DNA of 64,000 nucleotides, taken from NCBI GenBank assembly GCA_951406725.2, contig OX597821.1:76136001-76200000 (forward strand). Direction: 5' to 3'. The position numbers and the translations under genes were made by a program. This DNA comes from Octopus vulgaris. Lineage: Eukaryota. Every line of letters begins with the position of its first letter. The first letter of the stretch is position 1. Positions 12,564 to 24,703 of the stretch are shown piece after piece. The notes below the pieces were generated by a model, which was given only the letters and a program-made list of their open reading frames with translations, made no database searches and was not told the origin of the DNA.

Positions 12564-12672
12564 CATCATCATCATCATCATTATTGTTAATATTATTCAG
12601 GTCACTGCTTGGATTCGAACTCGGAATCTTGGGGTTAGTAGCCAGCGTTCTTAACCACTACAGCATATACCT
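12350..12672 (-). mobile_element. Composite SINE-like element: tRNA-like head, (AAT)n, then a hammerhead-bearing tail
   Basis: Minus strand: TGCTGTAGTGGTTAAG A-box-like and GAGTTCGAATCC B box (12672-12593), an AAT tract, then AAAATACCTTAGGAATGAGAAC..., the hammerhead motif and a tail. Head-less copies at about 13950-14090 and 16595-16930. Confidence 0.7.
12414..12460 (-). ncRNA. Minimal type I hammerhead ribozyme motif
   Basis: GACAC CTGATGA A GGCTG GAGGGTATAT CAGCC GAA ACGT T GTGTT: stem I GACAC/GTGTT, stem II GGCTG/CAGCC, palindromic ACGU stem III, GUU site. Confidence 0.7.
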
Positions 12673-12714
12673 ACGGTTCCAAGCAGTGACCTGAATAAGA
12701 ATAATAATAAGAAG

Positions 12715-13950
12715 AAATAACGAAGCAGAGGAGAGGAATGTTGAACCACAAGCATTGACTGAAAGGCGACCATCTGCCGAAACCACTCAAGAGCCCGAAG
12801 AAAAAGGAAAATATAATGACCCTAGAAAAACAGACATGAAAATGATGTCGAAACAGAATTTGAAGACCACATATTTGCTGAACAACACTGAAAATCTATC
12901 ATTGAAATGAAGCAGTAAGTTCTGAATGAGCTCGCATTTGTAGGGCATACGAATATGAATGATAGGGAACCACTCCATAAACTCTCAAATGCACATCAAC
13001 ATAAAACACAAATAAAAAATGGCAACTGCGTGACACAAATCTTATAACAACTAAAACCTGATCTTAATAAGTTAAATGAAATTATAAGGTAATCTGTTGC
13101 TAAGGTAATCGGAAGACGCTGTTTAACACCCAAAAAGCCAACAATACAAAATTCGAAAAGAATATCAAACTGGAGGAGTAGAATTGAAACTGAGATTGAA
13201 TCATTGCGAAGGGAGATATCAATATTAACTGAGCTAATCTCTGGAAATGATGTAAGATCAAGAAAAGGCAGGAAGATTGTGAGAAAATATGGACACTCAA
13301 CAAGAGAAGAACTAATGTCAACGAAAGAAACATTTAAATAAAAAGTTCAAGCAAAAGCTCAGAGAATACGCAGATTTGAGAAAAGAATGAAATACTACAA
13401 GCAAAATAAAACGTTCAAATCCAATGACAAATCATTTTACAGGGAAATAGGGAAATAAAAAAAATAACCATTGAAAATACACTCCTAATGGAAGAAGTTG
13501 AGTATTCCTTGCGATCACAATATAGCGGCGAAAGAATTTGACAAGATCAGTAAATATAAAGACTTGCTAATAGAAATTGAAAAAATGTGGCATCTCAAGG
13601 CGACTACAGTGCCAGTGATTGTAGGATCTCTAGGAATGATAAAAAAAAGTTACTGAAACCTATTTGAAAATGATACCAGGCTTACCATCCCTACAGGAGG
13701 TGCAAAAAGTCGTGTTAACTGGAACGACTCATGTACTGAGAAGAGCATCATCGCTGTGAAAACAACATCCATTCATGAAATTATTCATTTATTAATTTTT
13801 TTAAAATACATATTTTACCTGTGAATTTGCGTGTGTAGTCTGGGAATGCATACAATGAGCTTCTCTGCCCTAGGTGTACGGAAAATACTCGGTGAGAAAT
13901 GGATGAAAATTTGAAGAAAGAAGAAAAAACAATAATAATAATAATAATAA
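12715..13950 (+). mobile_element. Internally deleted R4/Dong-like LINE with an (AAT)n tail
   Basis: The C-terminus translates KISKYKDLLIEIEKMWHLKATTVPVIVGSLGMIKK...LQEVQKVVLTGTTHVLRR, typical of an RLE end, followed by a 3' UTR and an AAT tail. The upstream part reads as a decayed K/R-rich ORF. Confidence 0.75.
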
Positions 13951-14090
13951 TAACATTGAAAAATACCTTAGGAATGAGAATCCGGGTTCGAAATTTCCCC
14001 AAAACACCTGATGAAGGCTGGAGGGTATAGCAGCTGAAACGCGTTAACAACAAACAAGTTGAGGACAAATATCCGTCAAATGTATATAAT
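13950..14090 (+). mobile_element. Head-less copy of the hammerhead-bearing element; cleavage site deleted
   Basis: AACAC CTGATGA AGGCTG..CAGCT GAAAC GCGTT at 14003-14045 lacks the GTT of the other copies. Confidence 0.7.
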
Positions 14091-14552
14091 GTATGTATGT
14101 ATGTATGTATGTATGTATGTATGTATGTATGTATGTATGTATGTATGTATGTACGTACGTACGTATGTATGCATGTATGCATGTATGTAGGTATGTATAT
14201 TTCCCTATATCCGTGGGTATGCGTTTATATTGAATGTTTTGTATTGATACATTTTGAATGTACGGGTTTCTCTGAGTTTCTTCTCTAGATTTCAGCCTTT
14301 GAATTCATAACCATGGTACATTTATATACAGACGGATCATATACGCAGTGCCATAAATATATAAGAATTGCGAAGGTCTATCACTTTAAAGCAAAAACAA
14401 AACTACCAATGGACAGGAATAAACTCTTAGAGTCGTATATAACATGTTTAAAAAGCTCAATGCTCAGCAAATTTAAACAAACCGGGTAAAATCGAAACAT
14501 TACAAATGAAGAGGAAAGATAACAAAAACATCGTTGGGTGTACAACCGTATC

Positions 14553-14583
<31 letters not shown>

Positions 14584-14588
14584 TAGAA

Positions 14589-14623
<35 letters not shown>

Positions 14624-14851
14624 TTGGGTACGTGTTGTTATTGTGATGCTCAGGATTTGCCCTAGCTGGAGTTTCCCCAGTATCAGGAAGACTGCATCAA
14701 TTATGTTATCACATATTTTGCATACTCCGTATACTTTTATCGCATTTCACTGCCTTTTCCATTTCTTTCGCCCCATCCTTTATGTAAATCCCCGCATAAA
14801 TTTCTGTCTGTCATTGTGATGCCCCTCTGGCTAATAAAAGATTTTTTTTTT

Positions 14852-15254
14852 TTTACTTGTTTCAGTCATTTTACTGCTGCCATGCTGGAGCACCGCCTTT
14901 AGTCGAGCAACTCGACCCCGGGACTTATTCTTTGTAAGCCCAGTACTTATTCTATCGGTCTCTTTTTGCCGAACCGCTAAATGACGGGGACGTAAACACA
15001 CTAGCATCGGTTGTCAAGCAATGCTAGCGGGACAAACACAGACACACAAACATATACACATACACACATATATATGTATATACATATATACGACAGGCTT
15101 CTTTCAGTTTCCGTCTACCAAATCCACTCACAAGGCATTGGTCGGCCCGGGGCTATAGCAGAAGACACTTGCTCAAGATGCCACGCAGTGGGATTGAACC
15201 CGGAACCATGTGGTTGGTAAGCAAGCTACTTACCACACAGCCACTCCTGCGCCT
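14852..15254 (-). mobile_element. Family B SINE, full length
   Basis: Near-consensus copy ending (plus strand) ACCACACAGCCACTCCTGCGCC. Confidence 0.9.
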
Positions 15255-15699
15255 ATATTATTGTTATTGTTATTATAACTGCAACAAAATTTGCATAGAA
15301 AATTAAAATCGTACATGCAACAAACCTTCTTTTCCAAACACTTGGCTATATCTCATACTATGTTATATTTGAAAATAACCCGACTAAAATTATTCCTCAA
15401 AGATGTTTACTGAGGTATCCACAATTATGTTTTAAAAAATGCTAACTCATTACCATAATAGTAATCCCATTTACATCTGATAAGATTATATTCTAATAGT
15501 TCTATGAACTGTAACTTCCTAACACAAAAAGAATGATCACCAGTATTCGGTGAGTTCTTTCCATTTTAAGACGACAGGGTACAGATTCCCTGCATTTAGG
15601 TCACGAAGGCAAGCAATTTTACCTTTGAGCTGTCTCGTAAAATGTAAAGTGATCATGAACATGTTATGCCTGCAATAAGCAAAAGGCATATTGATTTCA

Positions 15700-16142
15700 A
15701 ATTTTGTCACAAGGCCAGCTATTTCGAGGGAGGGTCTTAGTCGACGATTACAGCGACCCCAGTGATCAACTTGTATTTATTTTATCGACCCCGAAAAGAT
15801 AAAAAGCAAAGTCTATATTTCGGACGAATTTGAACTCAGAACCTGAAGACGGACGAAAAGCTTGGCCGCGTTTCCTCCGGCCTGCTAACGATTCTGCCAG
15901 CTGACAAACCTAGTTCTTATATAGATATACTTTTCTACTCTGGGCACAAAACTCGAAATTTTGGAGGAGGGAGCCAGTCGATTAGATCGACCTCAGTACA
16001 CAACTGGTACTTAATTTATCGACACGAAACGATGAAATGCAAAGTCGACCTCGGCAGAATTTGAACTCACAACGTAACGACTGACGAAATACCGGTAAGC
16101 ATTTCGCCCGGCGTGCTAACGCTTCTGCCAGCTCGCCGCCTT
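15700..16142 (-). mobile_element. Two family A SINE copies
   Basis: One diverged copy at 15700-15905 and one younger copy at 15948-16142. Confidence 0.8.
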
Positions 16143-16594
16143 GTTCTTACATAGATATTAAGAACACAGTAGTGATAGTAAAGATTTGGAAAAACAGCGT
16201 TTGGATAATCCACACCTAAATGCTAGGATTCACAAAAAAATTTTTAGCAAGTCGAAAAACCACAACAGTTTCATTAACCGTATTGCTCTGGTATAAAATA
16301 CTGCGACTACTTTGATTAACTGACACGAGAAGGCCAGGTAATGTTTGTTAAATTCAGTCTAATTGATTGGTTTGCTCAACACTTAATACATCAAATAACG
16401 GCTGTATACGTCGACATTCTTAGTTTCCTTTTTATTTCTCGCATCATTTCGATGTCTAGCTTTGCTGTTTTACATTGCAAAGCATCATGGACATAAATGT
16501 CCAACATAATTTATGCATTAATAAGAAACTATTCTTAAAATTTGTTTTAGTATATGAAAATCTGGGTGTTTGCATATTTATATAAAAACCTAAG

Positions 16595-16737
16595 TTTAAA
16601 TTATTTACATTTGATGGATATTTGTCCTCATCTTGTTTGTCGTCAACACAACGTTTCGGCTGATATACCTTCCAGCCTTCATCAGGTGTCTTGGGGTATT
16701 TTCGAACCTGGATTCGCATTCCTAATGTATTTTTCGA

Positions 16738-16786
<49 letters not shown>

Positions 16787-16930
16787 ATTATTATTATTAT
16801 TATTATGAAGGCTGGAGGGCATATCAGCCGAAACGTAGTGTTAACAAACAAGATGAGGACAAAAATATCCGTCAAATGTAAATAATGTAAATAATGTACA
16901 TAATTCCTCATCCCTTAAATATAGAACTGT
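16595..16930. mobile_element. Inverted pair of hammerhead-bearing element copies around (ATT)n
   Basis: Minus copy with an intact motif at 16645-16690; plus copy starts mid-core at ATGAAGGCTG (about 16805) and reads GAAACGTAGTGTT. Confidence 0.75.
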
Positions 16931-17062
16931 ATTATAAAATACTGTTCTTACCTCACAGTGAGAGGTTCAAATTCAGTATCTAATAACCTAGTAACTCATC
17001 CCACAAACTATTGTTTAGTTCAAGAAACTATTGTTGTTTCAAGAATTATATCCTTAGATTTA

Positions 17063-17314
17063 GTATAGAGGGAAAACTGATTGTTTTCCCTCTATACACG
17101 GCCATTAAGATTCTTATCCCTTAGTCGTATAACTTATGTTGTAGGGTACATGTATATATATTAAGGGGGTTAACTTCAATAAGTTACACGTAGTATTTTA
17201 TCGTCTGGACAAGTTCAATTCCATCATAGGCTGATGAATCCCTGCTACTGGTAACTATGTAATTCAGAAGTAATTGCTTATTGGTACCCACTCAAGAGGT
17301 GAGTGGGTACCAAT
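17063..17314. repeat. Structured segment with two perfect 15-bp hairpins
   Basis: GTATAGAGGGAAAAC-tgatt-GTTTTCCCTCTATAC (17063-17097) and ATTGGTACCCACTCA-agagg-TGAGTGGGTACCAAT (17280-17314). Confidence 0.75.
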
Positions 17315-18419
17315 GGGATTATAGAACCCAGTGAAATACTTGAACACAGTGATACCGGCCCTTCATTTAGCACTCTCATGTGCAGTCGTGTCGTTCTGAA
17401 GGAAGATGCTTTTAAAGCGGCAAAATTTCAGCTTGTGGAACCTTACCTCCAGCTTCGTGTTGTCTACCATCACTTCCGTGTATTGGTAGATAATCCTCTT
17501 ATAGAAATATAGAAATATGTCGTACTGTGTTCAACTGATATCGCTCACATGTGTATTTCGCTCAATGTACTTGATCTTTTAACCTCGTTTACACACACAC
17601 TCACACACACACGCATACATACAAACATGCAAATATGTACACACGCATACACAATATATGCGCTCTCACACCTACATACATACATTCGCTGATTCTCAAT
17701 AAGCCACTACAACATCAGTTGCAGTGACCTAAAGTCTTACTAAGCCTTATCGATAAGAGAAAACCGTCGACATGCACAGCCTTATCTAAAGTGAGTGGAT
17801 AATTTGATATATAGAATAATTTCTCTGAAGAAGATAGACCAAATACAGTAGATTTTATCTGACTGATACATCGAATACTTATTTAATCGATATTTTAAAT
17901 TGACCATTCGGGTGATTAGTTGTGGAGAGCCGGACTATCTTTTGCTATCATACACTATAGAAAATGTTTTTATAATCTACTGAAAATGAAAGGCAGTGAG
18001 TTTCGCTTTAAATTAACAAGCAAAACGTTGGGATTTCGTTGGATTGGATCATGTAAGATAATAAATATACTTAAGCGATATGTTCGAAGAATATTACTGG
18101 TACATATTTCATAGAAGATGAATGCCAGATGATCCAGTCTGGGATTAATGTACGACAGTCAGACATTAAGAGAGACTGTTAAACTACTTCAACGCCGGAA
18201 GCTTCAAAACATGGCTGAATTAAGATGCTTAGATGCTTTTATCACTGGTTTTGAAAGGTGGATGTTTGCTAGATGAATTCGGGGTAGAATTCGTGGGGTT
18301 AAGTTAAACATTCATAAGAAGTAAAGAGGTAAATGAAATGTTAGATGGTCTTCGGATAAATGTAATGCATATGTTTGCTACGAATGAGGGATGTGAAGAG
18401 GTGGGAAACAGAGAGAGAA

Positions 18420-18468
<49 letters not shown>

Positions 18469-19125
18469 TGAGAGAAAGAGGGAGATAGTGACAGAGAAAG
18501 ACAAGCAATAACAGAAATGCGGACCCTCTCCTTTTCTGTCTCACTTTTTCGGTTAAAAATATTTACCCGAGACATGTTTATGTATGAAGTCAGACAATTC
18601 GTAAATTTCATCTTCTAAAAGGTTAGAAACCTAATCTTCTTCATAAAATTATTTAGTTTCTTGAAAATCATATAAGCATTACAAAAAAAGAAACATTTAG
18701 AAAGAAATCATTGAAAAATAAAGAATATCTAATGACAAACAAAGTCTCTATATTTGAACACTTCTTACCTCCTGGTGACTGCATAAAGTTTTTGTTGCCA
18801 GAAACTCGATACGAATAAAAAAAACATTAAAAGCACTGCCATTATTTAAGTCTCTTATGACGTCATAAACGAAGTCGAAGAAAAATTTAGCTTATTTATA
18901 AACTTATTCTATAGAGTTTCTATCTACAGCAGACAGACAGACAGAGATAGAGCTGAGCGCTTAGGAATCTATTTTTATATACAAACATACTTGCGTATGT
19001 GTGCGTCTGTATCTATTGTGTATATAATTATATATGTATGTATATGTGTGCATGTATATATATTTGTTTATGCATATGTAAGCATATATAGATGCATATG
19101 TGTACGCACACACATATATATATAT

Positions 19126-19166
<41 letters not shown>

Positions 19167-20007
19167 GTATTCACATATATGCATATTCATATACTACGCG
19201 CATACAGAGATACTCACACACTCACATACACATTAATATTTATTTATTACTCTATTCTTTTCAGTAGAGAGAGAGAGAGAGATGAAGAGAGAAAGAGAGA
19301 AAAAGAGCGTTTGTGTGTGTGCGTGCGTACGCTTCTGTGCGCGTATGTGTATGTGAGCATAATTTTTTCGCTCCTACTTTTCGAACATGCCCCAAATTCC
19401 TCTTCTTAGACACTTTTTTGAAAAGCATCAGCAATGTTTGATGCGGCAAATCAGATGCTCAGGCAATCGTGGCTGCACCCGATAATAATTATACATACTA
19501 TATGGACAAGCAAGTGAGGAAATTACGGATATGTCAATATTTCCTTGCTGCTAATGCACCTGATATTCCTGCAGCCATAACGATTGGCTTAGCGCTTGCT
19601 TTTAGTTCCAAAGAGTACAATTCTTGTCTTGCAGTGGACTTATAATTTAAGAGGGCTGAAGAGGATGACCAGCATTTCTCTCTCGTCAAAATGTTAACTA
19701 ATAAATAATCTCAGACATGTGGATTGACAAAGAATAGCGGCTTAGATAATATGATTCAATCGCAAACAAGGAATCACAAATAAAAGTGAAACCACAACTT
19801 TGATTGACTTATCCCACTCTATTATCAATAGGACAATGATTTTTAAGTTCTCATCGACGCAAACATCCTATTAAATCACTTCTACCAGAAAATGTTTCAC
19901 CGTAAAACAATGAATGACAGTTAAATAATGTTGAAAATATTTTCCCCAAACAAACAACTAAATTTAATGGAAAAATAGGTATCTGCCCTCATACGCAACA
20001 AGAACTC

Positions 20008-20066
<59 letters not shown>

Positions 20067-20067
<1 letters not shown>

Positions 20068-20360
20068 GGTATGCGATAAAGAAGAAAGAAAAGTCGATAG
20101 ATATGAGTTTAAGCAGTTGTGGTCGATTAAAAAGGTGGCAGGAGTACCAATAATTGTCGGAGCCCTGGGAACAGTGAGTAAAAACTTAGAGAAGTACATG
20201 GAACAAATAGGGGCTGCAATAAGGGTGGAGCACTTGCAGAAAATAGCACTGCTTGGAACCGCTCGAATTCTCCGGAAGGTGTTCGAAAAATAAAGTGTGA
20301 TACCTTAGTTCACTGGTAGTGAGCAGCTGATATCATAGAATATCTCCAGCGTTAGAAACT
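20067..20360 (+). mobile_element. 3' end of an R4/Dong-like LINE inserted in (AAT)n
   Basis: Translates KQLWSIKKVAGVPIIVGALGTVSKNLEKYMEQIGAAIRVEHLQKIALLGTARILRKVFEK*, with AAT tracts on both sides. Confidence 0.8.
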
Positions 20361-20374
20361 GTACAAAGACAATA

Positions 20375-20450
<76 letters not shown>

Positions 20451-20451
<1 letters not shown>

Positions 20452-20996
20452 CAGTACCAGGCAGTGGCTCTCATGGCTTCTGATCTTAACTGATTGGAAG
20501 TGTTATCATGTACATTGTTTTGTCTTGGTATAAAAGATGGGCTACAGCAAATATGCTGCTCAATACCACAGATTTGCTTGTCAGTTGTTTGACCTTAACC
20601 AGTTGAGCATGTCCCTTAGTGGCTGACAATCTGTGCATCTCTGATCACGAGCAGAAGTAGTGGGGGAGCATCATAGCCATGTGTTGAGAGGGATTCTTTG
20701 GGGTTTGGATAATTCACCTCTGGAAACATGGGTGGTTCTTTCAACATCCTTAAACAACCCTTATTCAAGGACCGTTTGAGCGGGATGAGCTACTCAACCT
20801 GAAGAAAATTCTAACTGGGCCCTACCTGCAAGGTCATGTGCTGTTTATCTTGATATGAGATCACCATGTCGCGTACATATGGTTGTGATGCATGTGCCTG
20901 GTGTACCTTTATCAGACGGGTAGTCATGATGGGTATATTGGGCTTCGTATATTTTACCCCAGTGTCACTTTGATGGCATGCACTGCTCTCTCACTC

Positions 20997-20997
<1 letters not shown>
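20451..20997 (+). mobile_element. (AAT)n-tailed non-LTR retroelement 3' region
   Basis: Flanked by AAT arrays; matches 5292-5815 (reverse) and 35055-35573. Confidence 0.75.
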
Positions 20998-21080
<83 letters not shown>

Positions 21081-21575
21081 AAGAAGAAGAAGAAGAAGAA
21101 GAAGAAGAAGAAGAAGAAGAAGAAGAAGAAGAAGAAGAAGAATTTGGAATAGAGTGCCAAGTATAACTGTAACAAAATGTTTGCCTCCTTGGTACGGCCA
21201 GAATAATGAGGGAAGAATTAGATAGCTGAAAAGAACAAATAACACGGTACCGTAGGCTACAGGTAGTAAGCCCGCTACGCATGCAAGACTCCAGGAGTTC
21301 CAACAAAATCGGTGATAAAGAGAAAATAATAATAATAATAAAGCCATGACTGTTATGCCCTGTCATGCAGAGGTTTAATCGATATCATCCCTCCTAGTGC
21401 TTGACCAGTAGATTATTTTATCGACCCAAGAAGAATGAAAAGCAAAATTGAAAATAGAAGAAAAATGACCCGGAACAAATATTGCTAGACAGCTTTATCC
21501 AATGCTCAAACGATTCTGCCAATCTGCAGCCTTAACAAAAAATACACTCCGTTGTTTTTTCAATCATAGCTTTTC

Positions 21576-21806
21576 AGTAAAGACTGTTTGCCAACATAAC
21601 ATGGCAGTCCTTGCTTAGGACGAATGTTGCTGTAATTTAGCATCATCTCCAGCTGGTTATACGACACGATCTATGTCCTTACAACCAGCTATATGACACG
21701 GTCTGTGTCGTATAGCCAGCTGGAAACGATGTCTCCTGGGGCTAAATTACAGCAACATTCATCCTAAACCAGTACTGCCATGTTATGTTGGCAAACAATC
21801 TTTACT
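21576..21806. repeat. Imperfect foldback (inverted repeat) of about 230 bp
   Basis: AGTAAAGACTGTTTGCCAACATAACATGGCAGT...GAATGTTGCTGTAATTTAGC...CCAGCTGG pairs with CCAGCTGG...GCTAAATTACAGCAACATTC...ACTGCCATGTTATGTTGGCAAACAATCTTTACT. Confidence 0.85.
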
Positions 21807-22431
21807 ACAAAGTACTGTTGCTGAATATCTCTCGTTGTGAGATTTAAAAAAAGTAATTTTTTAATTGACAGCTTTTCCGTTCTGATTAAATATGAAGCAA
21901 AAACTTTATTCCAAGAGTTGCGACTAATTTATTAACAAGTTGTTTTTTCCTAATTTTAAATAAATTAACTCCAGGTTACAAATAATTGCCTTAATAAGAA
22001 GTCTTAACGGTTTACCAGCTAAATGCATATTAACAAATTCTTCTTAGTAAATTTAAATGAAGCAATGGAACATTGATAAGACATGGAGTTCCGTTTTAAC
22101 TAATGGCTGTTATATTTCGTACTTTCATATTCGTTCATTTCTCATATCGGTCGTACATAACTTATCAACATTATGATTCATCCGATTGATCTACAAGTCT
22201 CCATTTTCCTTTCTACGTGTGATTTTACGTGCATGAAATAAATATCAAACACAAGTAATGCGTTTGTAAATCATTGATTGGAGACCAGCAGAAAATGCTT
22301 CCTTTATGCAAATCGGTATATCCGATTTTATACCCCACTCCATATCTAATATATAACATATATAAAATACAAAAATAAACTACTATTATTATATTACGCA
22401 TTAATAATAGCGTACACACACACACACATGT

Positions 22432-23201
22432 GTGTGGTCTGATCAATAAGTATCCGGAATGTTGCCATAGTAACGAAGCTAAATCATGCAGAGTGAAGCC
22501 GCTTCGGACGGATTGACTTTGAACGCTGATGTGCATACGCATTAAGTTTTAACGTACTAGCTCACTTCCGCTGTTGACAGCAGTGCTTGGAAGGAAAGTG
22601 TATAGCGTGTGATTGTCGCATTGACCATAACGGAGAAAGTTGAGCCGAGAACCTGCATCAAAGTTTGCCAAAAGTTTGGTGATACCTGCTCAGAGGCGTA
22701 CGTAAAGTATTCAAAAGGTTCTCATCATACTCGATACAATCAAGGAGATCTTGTGCAACTGAAACCCGAGTGTTTTTTGGTCAGCTGAAAACAGTTCTGG
22801 CACAAACTTGGCAGACACGCGTCTCATACCCAAATCTTCAGTGATAATTGACTGAACTGAACCGTAGCTAATCTACACATCCTCTGATAACTCACGATTT
22901 CCCCTCACAGCTGCACGGATATCTGCGATGTTTTTCTCACTTCTGCTGGTTGCAGGTCTCCCAGAACGTTCGTCCCAGAACGCTCGTCCCAGAACACTCG
23001 TCCCAGAACGGCCATCCTGGAAACGGCTGAACCACTCGTACACTAGTGTACGGCTCATGCACTCCTTACCATACATTTTCTGCAACTTTGCGTAGGCTGA
23101 TGAGCAGGTGTCGCCATGAAAACTTTTTCTGTCATGGTCAATGCGACGATCTCACGCTACACACTTTCCTTCCAAGCACTGCTTTAACAGCGGAAGTGAG
23201 C

Positions 23202-23203
<2 letters not shown>
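22432..23203. mobile_element. Non-autonomous mariner derivative with inverted 5' ends
   Basis: TIR-like GGTCTGATCAATAAGTATCCGG; 22557-22700 is inverted at 23085-23203; minus-strand HTH fragment QKMYGKECMSRTLVYEWFSRFQDGR. Confidence 0.7.
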
Positions 23204-23243
<40 letters not shown>

Positions 23244-23482
23244 AAGAAGAAGAAGAAGAAGAAGAAGAAGAAGAAGAAGAAGAAGAAGAAGAAGAAGAAG
23301 AAGAAGAAGAAGAAGAAAAACGGGGACTGGGAAGTTATTGACAGCAAATTAATAATCTTCACTTACAGCTGTTTCAGTTAATGCGCATTAAATATTGAAT
23401 TTATATTTATATGGCCTCAGTATAATATCTTCAGAAGAAAAAAAATTTACCTTTGGATGTTTTACATGTGTTTTTTTTTTTA

Positions 23483-24703
23483 TCAGGTCATCCCAAATTT
23501 CTATCCGAATTGTTATGTTTAATTGAAATTTAATCATCACCGTACTTTCCCTGATTATCTACGACTTCCTTCCATCTATTTATAAGCTTTTTAATCCCAT
23601 CAATGTAAAACTCTTTTGCTTTCAAAGTGAAGAACTCTGAACTATCAGTTTCGACCTCCTCCTGGCTTGCGAAAGTTATGTCCCCCAAATGATTCTGTAA
23701 ACTACGAAACAAATGGTAATCTGAAGGAGCAAGGTCGGGATAATAAGGTGGATGGGGAATTTTTCCCAACCAAGCGCTTCGATCTTCTGTGGTATGATCT
23801 TTGCAGTGTTGGATCACTCCTTTTCGATTCACTAAAGCAGGGCTTTTTTTCTTCAAAGCTTGGTTCAAACGCTCTAATTGCTGACAGTAGACTTGAGCAT
23901 TGATTGTTACATTAGGTGGTAACAATTCAAAGTGAATTACCCCTTTGCAATCCAATCAGATAGAGAGAAGAACCTTTTCCCATGAAATTCCCTTCTTTTG
24001 AGCTTTTTCCTTTTTACCAAGCCACTGTTTGCGACGTTTAACATTTCGATAGAAGATCCATTTTGCGTCACCAATCAAAAGCCTATCCAAAAAGGGTGAA
24101 ATGATTTCGAGAGAATGGAGAGAAGAGCAGATGTCAACTTGGGATTTGCAGTTGCTTTCGGACAATTCATGAGGCGCCCATTTTCCAAGTTTTGGAACCT
24201 TTCCAAGTTGTTAAAGATGACGATGAACAGTTGTATGGTTTGAACTAAGCTTTATTACCAATTCTTCAACTGATAATGCAGGATTTTCTTCAAGTAATGC
24301 CTCAAGAAGCTTATTATCAAACTCAACTGGACGTCCTGTTCGATCTTCATCTTCAAGGCTGAAATCTTCACTTCTGAATTTTACAAACCATCTTCTACAA
24401 GTTCTTTCATTCCAGCATTCTTTCCCATAAACTGAGTGTATGTTTCGAGTCGCTTCGGCTGCAGAGTTTCCTTTTTTGTACTCATAAAGCATTATGTGCC
24501 TTAAATTCTCTTTGGATACTTCCATGTTAGAAAGGGTTTTAATCAAAGAAATTTTAATTCTATTATTCTGTAAAATCATATTTAATTAGTTTAGATGTAC
24601 ACAAATGCATAAAAATAATTTTTAATTCCATTAGACATTCTAAAATAATATTAAATTTCATTTAAGAAAGGTAAAATGGGACAGAATTTATGGGATGACC
24701 TGA
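23483..24703 (-). mobile_element. Near full-length mariner transposon with a defective transposase
   Basis: TIRs TCAGGTCATCCCA.../...TGGGATGACCTGA with TA flanks. ORF pieces carry the HTH (MEVSKENLRHIMLYEYKKG), WAPHEL, GDAKW and HPPYYPDLAPSDYHLF motifs, with stops and a deletion around the second catalytic Asp. Confidence 0.93.

Noticed and set aside
12593-12672. Functional tRNA gene
   Set aside because: Acceptor and anticodon stems pair poorly; better explained as a tRNA-derived element head.
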